Shown here: piece by piece, positions 16,792-26,942 of the stretch
Layout: each line of letters begins with the position of its first letter
Position numbering within the stretch: the stretch's first letter is position 1
Virus record (IMG/VR): IMGVR_UViG_3300027921_000114
Source: an uncultured virus (IMG/VR IMGVR_UViG_3300027921_000114)
Lineage: Duplodnaviria; Heunggongvirae; Uroviricota; Caudoviricetes
Strand: one strand, 5' to 3'
Length of the DNA stretch: 64,000 nucleotides
Notes under the pieces: model-generated
The model's database searches: none
The model's input: the letters and a program-made list of their open reading frames with translations, nothing else
Told to the model about the DNA's origin: nothing
Program-made: the position numbers and the translations under genes

Positions 16792-17295
16792 TCATATCGC
16801 GGCAAATTGAGCCAGCCGCTTCTTGATTTCGGCATGGGGCACATGTGTTCGCGGATCCTCCAACATGCCCTTCAGCGTATTAGCGAGAACGACCTTGCGG
16901 ACGATGCGATGTTCGGCGAACCGGTCGATCAGCCACAGAATTCCGTGGACCTCGACCTGTTCCTGTTCGGCGAGCGTGCGCATGCGTTTGTCGCCCGTCA
17001 GCAGCGGCCAGTCGTTTGTCACGGCGAGAGTGACGGCGAAGCAGTCATGGATCGTCAGCTTGGGCTTGGCAGCTTGGTAAGCAACAGCCTGGGCCATGCC
17101 ATCCGGGTCCAGGGTCTCCACCCGCAGACCAAGACCCTTCAGTTCTGCCCGGTCGATCCCACCAAGATCAATGAGTTCATCGTCGTACAGGGCATCGGGG
17201 ATGGCGAACTCGAACGGCAACTTGAAGAGATCTTCAAGCAGCGACCATTTCGCCAGATCAATGAGAATGGATGCATCGCTCACCAATACCCGCAC
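16792..17295 (-). CDS. PIN-domain protein (DUF3368-like)
   Basis: VSDASILID, DCFA, LLTGD acidic PIN pattern. Confidence 0.8.
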   Translation of the reverse strand: MRVLVSDASILIDLAKWSLLEDLFKLPFEFAIPDALYDDELIDLGGIDRAELKGLGLRVETLDPDGMAQAVAYQAAKPKLTIHDCFAVTLAVTNDWPLLTGDKRMRTLAEQEQVEVHGILWLIDRFAEHRIVRKVVLANTLKGMLEDPRTHVPHAEIKKRLAQFAAI

Positions 17296-17301
17296 AATGG
17301 C

Positions 17302-18354
17302 TCACTCCACCGGGCCCGACATGATTCGGCCCACCTCGGTGGTGCTCTTGCGCAGGAGTTCCGCAGCTTTCGGTAGCGAAATGTTGTCTTCTGCCAGGGC
17401 GCGGAGTACTAGGCGCTGGAAGCGCTTGGGTTCCTCGTTCTCCGTCAGCGGTTCAGGCTCGGCCTTGCGCCACGTCCGTCCGATGCCCCGAAACACCACC
17501 TGCATCGTGCTCTCGCCGATGACGTTGAGATCACGCAGACGGACCATCAGCGCGGCGGCGCTGACGCCATACATGCGCTTGATCTCGATGATCTCGGCGT
17601 AGCCAAAGGCATGACGTCGCTGGCCGACTTCGAACAACAGGTCGTCGCGGGGCATCAGGAGCGCGCTGGCAAAACGCTGGCAGGCCTTCTCCTCGTCCAG
17701 TTCGCCCACGATCTTCATGACCATGTGGCCGAGCTCGTGCGCCAGGGTGAAGCGCCGGCGTTCCGCCGATTTCGCCACCGAGCCGACGATGACCGGAACA
17801 GGTTCCTTGTCGGGCCTGGCCACGCGACAGGTCAGCCCGTCGACGGAAAGAGGGAAATCCAGCTTGAGTACCTTGATGCCATGTTCCTCGAGCAGTTCGG
17901 TCATGTTCTGGATGGCGTCGCCACCCAGGTTCCAGGCTTTGCGCAGGTGTCCCGCTGCCGTTTCCGCGTCATCCAGGGTGGCGACCTTGTAGGGGGCGCC
18001 CTTGGGTTTGTCCCATTCGTGGCTGCCGATCTCCAGTACATCCTCGACCAGCAGGTAACGGTCGAGGTGGTCCACCACCGCCGCCTCGACCATGGCTCGC
18101 TCCTGGGCCTTGGTCTTGGATAACTTGCGGAACTCGACGGCCTCGAGACGAATTTCAGAAGGGCTGAACAGGTAACTCAGGGGTACATCGAGTGCCTTGG
18201 CGAGTTTCAGCGCCGTGGTCGAGCCGGGCAGCATTTCGCCGCGCTCGTAACGGCCGATGGCCTGGGCGGTGACGGCGCGATCGATGGCATCGGCCAGTCC
18301 CCGTAGGGAGAGGCCGGCACGATTACGAGCCAACTTCAATCTTTCACCGAACAT
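17302..18354 (-). CDS. XRE HTH fused to ImmA/IrrE metallopeptidase
   Basis: N-terminal XRE HTH; FTLAHELGH HExxH. Confidence 0.9.
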   Translation of the reverse strand: MFGERLKLARNRAGLSLRGLADAIDRAVTAQAIGRYERGEMLPGSTTALKLAKALDVPLSYLFSPSEIRLEAVEFRKLSKTKAQERAMVEAAVVDHLDRYLLVEDVLEIGSHEWDKPKGAPYKVATLDDAETAAGHLRKAWNLGGDAIQNMTELLEEHGIKVLKLDFPLSVDGLTCRVARPDKEPVPVIVGSVAKSAERRRFTLAHELGHMVMKIVGELDEEKACQRFASALLMPRDDLLFEVGQRRHAFGYAEIIEIKRMYGVSAAALMVRLRDLNVIGESTMQVVFRGIGRTWRKAEPEPLTENEEPKRFQRLVLRALAEDNISLPKAAELLRKSTTEVGRIMSGPVE

Positions 18355-18365
18355 GGATATCCTCC

Positions 18366-18405
18366 GTGTTTACATCCTACAAAACACAACTTTATTTGTA
18401 AACAC
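18366..18405 (-). promoter_or_regulatory. sigma70 promoter inside an inverted-repeat operator
   Basis: GTGTTTACA-N22-TGTAAACAC; TTTACA-N17-TAGGAT on - strand. Confidence 0.7.
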
Positions 18406-18550
18406 CAAATCAATGGCGTGTGGCTCAAGGGCGGCTTCCGTAATCACCCTCATGCTGCCTCACCAGCCCTTGATTCCCTCGTCGCGTCGCCCATCTCCCG
18501 CTCGGACAATCTCGTCATCGAATGGTTTGACGAGACACGAACGGAGAGCG

Positions 18551-18766
18551 ATGAGCACTACAAACATTCACGATATTGCGCACGCCGGGCCTGATGATCG
18601 CCTTCACGAAGTCGCCACGCTCCTGGCCCAGGGCCTGCAACGGGCGCGGGCGAAGGGGGCGGCTTCGATATTGGCCCAGCCCGCCGAGAGCGAGTTTGAC
18701 CTTGGCTTCCCTGGCGGGCAGCGCGTTCATGCCAACCCATCCATGACATCCGGAGAACGCGCATGA
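18551..18766 (+). CDS. small hypothetical protein (71 aa)
   Basis: GGAG RBS; ATGA overlap with the DUF2924-like gene. Confidence 0.6.
   Translation: MSTTNIHDIAHAGPDDRLHEVATLLAQGLQRARAKGAASILAQPAESEFDLGFPGGQRVHANPSMTSGERA
18700..18730 (+). promoter_or_regulatory. bipartite motif copy 5 (before integrase operon)
   Basis: CCTTGGCTT-CCCTGGCGG-GCAGCGCGTTCAT, 32 nt before ATG 18763. Confidence 0.7.
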
Positions 18767-19235
18767 ATCAATCGATTTCGGTCGCCGCACAGGTCGCGCG
18801 GCTGCCTGCCCTGCCGATGGACGAGTTGTGGGCGCTGTGGGATGAGTTCTTCCCGCAGCGTCCGTGCAACCACCATCGCGATTACGTCGCCTCGCGCGTC
18901 GCCTACAAACTGCAGGAGCGCGCCTGCGGGGCGCTCTCCCCCACCGTGCGGCGCAAGCTGGAGAAGATCGGTGAGACCGGCGCGGTGCCCAACCAGAAGC
19001 GCCGGGGCGAGATTCAACTGGCCGCCGGGGCGGTGCTGGTGCGTGAATTCGATGGCATCGAGCACCGGGTGACGGCTCTGCCGGATGGCCAGTTCGAATA
19101 CCTGGGCCAGCGCTTTCGCAGCCTGTCGGCGGTAGCCCGCACCATTTCCGGAACCCCGTGGTCGGGACCGGTTTTCTTCGGACTGAAATCCGGCAAGGCG
19201 AAGCGCACTGCCGCGAAGGGACAGGAGCGGCGGCC

Positions 19236-19239
<4 letters not shown>
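18763..19239 (+). CDS. DUF2924-like protein
   Basis: LVREFDG..H.V, SLSAVARTISGT.WSGP.FFGL. Confidence 0.85.
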
Positions 19240-20596
<1,357 letters not shown>

Positions 20597-20600
<4 letters not shown>

Positions 20601-21031
20601 ACAAGACCGGGATTCACATAGAGCGCACCGGCATGCCCAGGAAATTCGCCGATGGCGACCGAACCGTGACCTTCGTGCCACTGGCGATCAAGCGGCGCGG
20701 GGTGCGCAAGCTGCTGCTGCCCCCTACCGATACCGCAGCGGCCATGCCCAAACCCCGGCATGACCTGCCGTTGCTCAAGGCCCTGGGCAAGGCGTTCTAC
20801 TGGCAGAAGCTGATCGACCGGGGCGTGGTGGAAGACGCCGCCGCCATCGCCAGGCAGGAACGGCTGGACCGCACCTGGGTGAACGAGACGCTGCGCCTCA
20901 CCTTGCTGGCGCCGGAGATCGTGACGGCGATCCTCGATGGGCGACAGCCGCGCACCCTGTCCTTGCAAACGGTCAGGCGGGGTGTGCCCGTGGACTGGGC
21001 CGAACAGCGCGCCCAGTACGATCTGACGTAA
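20597..21031 (+). CDS. recombinase-associated hypothetical protein (HTH-like)
   Basis: Coupled to the recombinase; LRLTLLAPEIV.AILDG.QP. Confidence 0.75.
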
Positions 21032-21058
21032 CGGCAGCACCACTCCTGCACACCACGT

Positions 21059-22012
21059 TCAGTCCCGCTTGGACCGGATGATCTGGTCGAGCTGATGGCC
21101 GTCGTTGTCGGTGTTGATCTGCACCCACAGCGGCAGGTGGTCGGAGAGTTGGTAGGTGAAGTCATCCTTGCTCATGCCTGGGAACAGCGGCTCGGTTCCC
21201 CCTGTATAGAAATCAAGCACACCGCCTTTGTTCATGAAACTGTCCGCGTAGATTGGGTAATGCACGATCTGGTCGTAGCGCTTGTCTTTCGCCAGGTTGG
21301 TGCCGAAGGCCCCCTTGCGCAGCGCGGTGGGGGCGACCAGGCCCTTGCCGGTCAGGGCTTCGTACATGGCGGAGGTTTCGATGTTGAAATCGCCGGTGAC
21401 GATGAAATCCTTGTCCTCGACATGCTTCTGCCGGCGCTTGAGATCCAGCCAGTCGGCGAAGGAACGGATTTCCGCAGTGCGCGCCTCTTTGCTGTCGCCC
21501 CAGCGGATGTGGGCGGTGGCCACCACGAAATCGAAGTTGCCGGCGCTGAACGACGCCATGTAGGGCGACCGCCACCAGGTGAATTCGGGCACGTATTCCC
21601 GGCCCGACTTCTTGCGCGGCGGGTTCGCGGCGGCGGCCAGGCCGGTGAAGGCGACCGCGCGCTTGTCGTAGAGGAAGCCGATGCGCTCCATGTTGCCGCC
21701 GGCGTCGGGGATGATGTCGGAATAGACCGCCCGCCAGTAGGGCCCGAGGATCGGCAGCACCCGGCCCAGGTCGGTCAGGTCGTCGCGCAGTTCGACGAGG
21801 CTGATCAGGTCGAACTGGCCGAGGATCTCGGCGATGTAGTGGATGGCCGCTTCGGAGCGCCGGCGCCTGCCGAACTCGCGGATGTTCCAGGTACACAGGT
21901 TGAGGGTCTCGTCGAGCTTGGAAGATGGAATCTTCGCGGCATCGATCCGTTTTCTGAGTTCTTGCAGTCCTTCGGCGATCTGCGCCGAGATCTTTCCGTG
22001 GAACATGTCCAT
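21059..22012 (-). CDS. endonuclease/exonuclease/phosphatase (EEP) family protein
   Basis: TWNI, GDFN, YDQI, SDHLP. Confidence 0.9.
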   Translation of the reverse strand: MDMFHGKISAQIAEGLQELRKRIDAAKIPSSKLDETLNLCTWNIREFGRRRRSEAAIHYIAEILGQFDLISLVELRDDLTDLGRVLPILGPYWRAVYSDIIPDAGGNMERIGFLYDKRAVAFTGLAAAANPPRKKSGREYVPEFTWWRSPYMASFSAGNFDFVVATAHIRWGDSKEARTAEIRSFADWLDLKRRQKHVEDKDFIVTGDFNIETSAMYEALTGKGLVAPTALRKGAFGTNLAKDKRYDQIVHYPIYADSFMNKGGVLDFYTGGTEPLFPGMSKDDFTYQLSDHLPLWVQINTDNDGHQLDQIIRSKRD

Positions 22013-22290
22013 GCCTCCCCATGCGGGTTCATGACGGTCGGTGCGAGGTTTGACGAAAAACTACGCTGCAGCGATGGTAGCGGCAAACCGATCATCCCGG
22101 CCTTCGCGCAACGCATTGAAGAATCAAGCGATCTGCGAAGGGTGCCGCGAGGGATTTTGACGGTATTTTTTGAGAAAAGAGGGCAGTAGAGAGCCAAATT
22201 CTGGTTGAAGCCCGCACCATCAACAACCTGGATAGTCGTCGCAGAATGGCGGCCAAGGGCGCGAGGGTTGGGGGTTCCGCAGAAATGACA

Positions 22291-22314
22291 AGGCCAACCG
22301 AGAGTGGTTGGCCT
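22291..22314 (-). terminator. hairpin downstream of the tRNA-like 3' end
   Basis: AGGCCAACC-N6-GGTTGGCCT. Confidence 0.55.
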
Positions 22315-22322
22315 ATGTAAAG

Positions 22323-22357
22323 TGGTGGTGGATCACGGAACCGAACCCGCGTCCGCA
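22323..22357 (-). other. att-like junction resembling a tmRNA/tRNA 3' end
   Basis: - strand TGCGGACGCGGGTTCGGTTCCGTGATCCACCACCA; lies between the recombinase module of A and the cargo of B. Confidence 0.65.
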
Positions 22358-22639
22358 TCCCGACAAGGATAGCAAGGTTTTGATCTTGAGGGCGTGGATT
22401 CGAGTATTTGGCCGAATTCAATCCGCCGATGCATAGCCTGTGAGGGCGCATCGCCCGCGAAACTTGGGCTTCCACGGCCCAATCGTCGAACGCCAGTTCG
22501 ATCCCCTGTTTGACAACCGAACTGCCTCCCCATTGGCGCGCACTCCGACGAACAAGGTACTGGTCGATGACGCTGTAATGTGGGAAAATTGGCTAAACTT
22601 GGCAAACGGAATGCACCGCAGGCCAACTTGGTAGAAAAA

Positions 22640-22843
22640 ATGATGACCGACACTGATGGCGAGATTCTGACGCTCGACGAAGTCGCTGCGTACCTAAAAG
22701 CTGGCAAGCGAACTGTTTATCGGCTTGCTCAGAAAGGCGAGATACCGGCGTTTAAGCTGGGTGGTACGTGGCGTTTCCGACGCTCGGAGTTAGATGCATG
22801 GATTGCCGAGAGCATCCGCCAAAAGACGGACGAGGCAAAGTGA
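22640..22843 (+). CDS. excisionase-like HTH_17 regulator
   Basis: LTLDEVAAYLK..TVYRLA..GEIPAFK.GG.WRF. Confidence 0.85.
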   Translation: MMTDTDGEILTLDEVAAYLKAGKRTVYRLAQKGEIPAFKLGGTWRFRRSELDAWIAESIRQKTDEAK

Positions 22844-22907
22844 ATACAAACCGCGCCGGGCAAGAGGCGGCAATCACATGCCGGAACAAGAATAAGGGGG
22901 AAATCCA

Positions 22908-25781
22908 TTGGTGACACAGCAGCTACTCACGCCCTATCAAAGCCAGTATTACGCGTGGCTGCTGACGCGCCGTGCGGCCAGCGATTCGGTGGAATCGTTG
23001 GCGTCCACTCTGGTGGACTCACAGGTCGATCTCAACCCCCACCAGGTGGAAGCAGCATTGTTCGCCTGCACGAACCCACTTTCTCGCGGTGTGATCCTGG
23101 CCGACGAGGTTGGACTCGGGAAGACGATTGAAGCTGGTCTTGTCATTTCGCAGCGTTGGGCCGAGCGCCGTCGACGCCTACTTATCATCGTTCCAGCTAA
23201 CTTGCGCAAGCAATGGCACCAAGAACTTCAGGACAAATTCAATCTGCAGAGCCTGATTCTTGAGGCCAAAAACTACAACACGATTCGTAAGCAGGAAAAC
23301 CAGAACCCCTTCTTGATGCCGTCCGGGCCGGTCATCTGCTCGTACCAATTTGCAAAGGCCAAGGCTGCGGACATCAAGGATATCAACTGGGATCTGGTCG
23401 TGCTCGACGAAGCACACCGGCTGCGCAATGTTTACAAGACAAGCAACGTCATCGCCAAAACCATCAAGGAAGCTCTCGCGCACGTTCATTCAAAGGTGCT
23501 GTTAACGGCAACGCCACTGCAGAACTCCTTGCTGGAACTCTACGGGTTGGTGAGCATGATCGACGACCGTGTGTTCGGTGATCTCGATAGCTTTCGTGCG
23601 CAATTCACTCAGCCAAACAGGGAGCAGGCCTTCGCAGCGCTGCGCTCCCGCATTGCGCCAATCTGCAAGCGCACCTTGCGTCGGCAGGTGCAGCAGTACG
23701 TTCCCTACACGGCCCGTCGCGCCATCGTTGAAGAATTTACACCGTCGACCGAGGAGCGCGAGCTATCTGCCCTCGTCGCTGATTACCTACGTCGCCCGAA
23801 TCTAAAAGCGCTGCCGGATGGGCAGCGGCAACTGATCTCGTTGGTGTTGTGGAAGTTGCTCGCGTCGTCAACACACGCAATCGCTGGCGCATTGGAAACG
23901 ATGGCCAAGCGTCTGCAAGGGGTGCTCGACGACACCACGAATATTCCCGACCTCGCCGAAGCGTTGGACGAGGACTATGAGTCGCTTGATGAAACCGCCG
24001 ATGAGTGGAATGACCAGGATTCCGGCAGCGCGCCCCCGGCGAGGAGTGAGCGCGATGCCGTGGCTCAGGAAATTGAGGAGCTTCGGCACTTCAAATCACT
24101 GGCGACCAACATCCGCGACAACGCCAAGGGCAAAGCACTTCTGACAGCACTGGAGCGCGCATTTGCTGAACTGGAACGGTTGGGCGCGCCCAAAAAAGCG
24201 ATCATTTTCACGGAGTCCCGGCGCACCCAAGAGTACCTGTTGTCGCTGCTGGCGGACACACACTACGGCGAGGGCATCGTCCTCTTCAATGGCACAAACA
24301 GTGATGCTCGAGCTCAGGCGGTATATAAGGATTGGCTGGTGCGGCACAAGGGTACCGACAAAATCTCTGGTTCCAAGACGGCCGATACGCGTGCGGCCTT
24401 GGTCGAGCATTTCCAGGAGCGCGGCACCGTCATGATCGCGACCGAGGCGGGCGCGGAAGGCATCAACCTCCAGTTCTGCTCCTTGGTCATTAATTACGAT
24501 CTGCCCTGGAATCCGCAGCGGATCGAACAGCGCATTGGTCGCTGCCATCGGTACGGGCAGAAGTTCGACGTGGTGGTGGTCAATTTTGTCGACCGCAGCA
24601 ATGAAGCCGATGCGCGCGTGTACGAATTGCTGGCGCAGAAATTCCAGCTCTTTGAAGGCGTTTTTGGTGCCAGCGATGAAGTGCTTGGAGCAATCGGCTC
24701 CGGCGTGGACTTCGAGCGGCGCATCGCTGACATCTACCAAAACTGTCGCGACCCGGAAGCCATCAAGAGCAGTTTCGAGCAATTGCAGCTCGACCTGTCC
24801 GGTGAGATCAATGAGGCAATGGTCAAGACCCGCCAGCTTCTACTGGAGAATTTCGACGAAGAGGTGCAGGACAAACTTCGGATTCGTGCCGACGACAGCA
24901 GCAAAGCCCGGAACCGATACGAGCGGATGCTGATGGATTTGACCAGGGCCGAGCTTGGCGATCACGCTGAGTTCGATGTCGACGGATTCAGGTTGCTGCA
25001 TTCGCCCTGCGCAGACCTTGAGGGAATTGCTCTCGGGCGCTACGAACTGCCCCGCCGCAGCGGCGACTCCCATCTCTATCGTATCGGCCACCCGCTCGCC
25101 GCATGGGTTACCCAACAAGCAATAAGCCGACAACTGCCCGGCAGCAGGCTCGTTTTCGATTACGACGGTTACGGTACGCAGGTCAGCACGCTCAAAGCAC
25201 ATCGGGGACAAACCGGATGGCTCACGGTCAGCCTTATTTCCGTTGATGCGCTGGGCCAGCAGGAACAGCATCTGATCGTCGCCGCCACCACCGCCCAAGG
25301 CGTTGCACTGGCCGAGGATGATCCAGAAAAATTGCTGCGCTTGCCCGCGCACCAAAAAGCGGCTGGTCTGTTTTCTGCGACTGACGGCACACTCGCTGCG
25401 GATCTGGCAAGCCGGAAGGTTCAAGTCCTGCGCGAGATCAATCAACGCAATCTCGGTTACTTTGAGCAGGAAGTTGAAAAACTGGATGCTTGGGCCGACG
25501 ACCTGAAGTTGGGCTTAGAACAGGAAATCAAGGGCATCGACTTTGAGATTAAGGAAGTACGGCGCACAGCGGCGATCTCACCCACCCTCGAAGAAAAGCT
25601 GTCCCATCAAAAGCGCCAGCGGGAGCTCGAAACCAAGCGCAGCAAGCTCCGGCGCGAACTGTTTACCCGTCAAGACGAAGTCGAAGCGCAGCGCAACGAC
25701 CTCATCACCCAGCTTGAAGTCCAGCTGCAGCAGCAGGTTGAGGAACAAACGCTCTTCACCATCGAATGGGAGCTCCTGTGA
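22908..25781 (+). CDS. SNF2-family helicase/ATPase
   Basis: LADEVGLGKT, DEAH, TATP, EGINLQ, QRIGR..RYGQ. Confidence 0.9.
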   Translation: MVTQQLLTPYQSQYYAWLLTRRAASDSVESLASTLVDSQVDLNPHQVEAALFACTNPLSRGVILADEVGLGKTIEAGLVISQRWAERRRRLLIIVPANLRKQWHQELQDKFNLQSLILEAKNYNTIRKQENQNPFLMPSGPVICSYQFAKAKAADIKDINWDLVVLDEAHRLRNVYKTSNVIAKTIKEALAHVHSKVLLTATPLQNSLLELYGLVSMIDDRVFGDLDSFRAQFTQPNREQAFAALRSRIAPICKRTLRRQVQQYVPYTARRAIVEEFTPSTEERELSALVADYLRRPNLKALPDGQRQLISLVLWKLLASSTHAIAGALETMAKRLQGVLDDTTNIPDLAEALDEDYESLDETADEWNDQDSGSAPPARSERDAVAQEIEELRHFKSLATNIRDNAKGKALLTALERAFAELERLGAPKKAIIFTESRRTQEYLLSLLADTHYGEGIVLFNGTNSDARAQAVYKDWLVRHKGTDKISGSKTADTRAALVEHFQERGTVMIATEAGAEGINLQFCSLVINYDLPWNPQRIEQRIGRCHRYGQKFDVVVVNFVDRSNEADARVYELLAQKFQLFEGVFGASDEVLGAIGSGVDFERRIADIYQNCRDPEAIKSSFEQLQLDLSGEINEAMVKTRQLLLENFDEEVQDKLRIRADDSSKARNRYERMLMDLTRAELGDHAEFDVDGFRLLHSPCADLEGIALGRYELPRRSGDSHLYRIGHPLAAWVTQQAISRQLPGSRLVFDYDGYGTQVSTLKAHRGQTGWLTVSLISVDALGQQEQHLIVAATTAQGVALAEDDPEKLLRLPAHQKAAGLFSATDGTLAADLASRKVQVLREINQRNLGYFEQEVEKLDAWADDLKLGLEQEIKGIDFEIKEVRRTAAISPTLEEKLSHQKRQRELETKRSKLRRELFTRQDEVEAQRNDLITQLEVQLQQQVEEQTLFTIEWELL

Positions 25782-25871
25782 TGACGCGGCGGAAGGCAAA
25801 CGGAAAAATGGTGGGCCGTCTTGTTCACCCATGCCCCACTTTTGCATCAATCTTTTTCAGGACTAGAAACC

Positions 25872-26927
25872 ATGAAGATTAATTTTCTAGTTCAAACGCC
25901 AAAAAGCCCCGCCGCTTCGACACTGGGACATTTGCTACAAGAGAAGGCCCGAAGCGGAAAATATGAAGAAGCGCTAATTTCTGTCGCGTATATGACTGTT
26001 GCCGGCGTGCGGTCACTTCTGTCCGGCTTCTCGCCGCTACCACCGCATCGAAGCAAATGGCTGATTGGTCTGGATGACTTTGTGACGCAGCCGGGTGCCC
26101 TTGATGTGATCTTCGCAATTCCTGGCGCAGAAGTTCGGGTGATCTCCTATTCATCGTTGGGCGTCAGATTTCACCCGAAGGTCTACATACTTCAAAAGCA
26201 ATCTGCTCCGAAGATAGGATTCACGATTGTCGGGTCTGCTAACTTGACCGCACAGGCGCTCGCAGGAAATGGTGAAGCCAGCGCCATTCTTCAATACGAA
26301 AACGCTTCAGACTTTCTCCAGGTTCGCGAAATGTGGGATGCACTCTGGAGCCAAGGCCATAAACCTACTAACAAAGAGCTCGTTGCCTACAAAGCAAAGT
26401 ACGACTTAATTCAAAAGAGTCGGCCTAAGCAGATAAAGACAAAACGAGCATCAGCAGGGATTGTTATCCTTGCATCGGATGATGCGGAGCTCGATCCAGG
26501 TGCCGCCAGACTCTGTTGGATTGAATGTGGGCACATCACGGCAATGGGCCGAGAAATTGAGCTGAAGGCGGAGCAAGGAATTTTCTTCGGACTCAACCCT
26601 ACTGGTGAGCAACCAAAGCATTTTACCTTTGTTGTCTCATCCGGAATTTCCGTCCAACTTCGAATGAAATTTCAAGGCAACCATATGTGGCGACTTCAAC
26701 TCACTCGTGACGTGCCAGAAGTTGCCTCTGGCTTACGGCCAGCTTTACCTGATGGCTCGCTTGGACGGTCACCATATGCGGCAATTATTGAACGCACTGA
26801 TAAACACGATGTTTTCACACTTCGATTCATCGACCTTAAATCGATTGAATTCAAGAAAATCGTGAAGAAATCCATTGAATTGGGTACCTACGGAAAAACA
26901 ACAGCAAGGCAGTACGGATGGTGCTGA
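25872..26927 (+). CDS. PLD-family nuclease (BfiI/NgoFVII-like)
   Basis: FHPKVY and GSANLT; separate C-terminal domain. Confidence 0.75.
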   Translation: MKINFLVQTPKSPAASTLGHLLQEKARSGKYEEALISVAYMTVAGVRSLLSGFSPLPPHRSKWLIGLDDFVTQPGALDVIFAIPGAEVRVISYSSLGVRFHPKVYILQKQSAPKIGFTIVGSANLTAQALAGNGEASAILQYENASDFLQVREMWDALWSQGHKPTNKELVAYKAKYDLIQKSRPKQIKTKRASAGIVILASDDAELDPGAARLCWIECGHITAMGREIELKAEQGIFFGLNPTGEQPKHFTFVVSSGISVQLRMKFQGNHMWRLQLTRDVPEVASGLRPALPDGSLGRSPYAAIIERTDKHDVFTLRFIDLKSIEFKKIVKKSIELGTYGKTTARQYGWC

Positions 26928-26942
26928 CTTCAGGGAATAAAT

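Noticed and set aside
22461..22484. CTTGGGCTT as a ninth motif copy
   Set aside because: It has an extra G and lacks the CAGCGCGTT half-site
22323..22506. Functional tRNA or ssrA gene
   Set aside because: No anticodon arm, T-stem mispaired in canonical register, too short for tmRNA, no tag peptide or G3-U70
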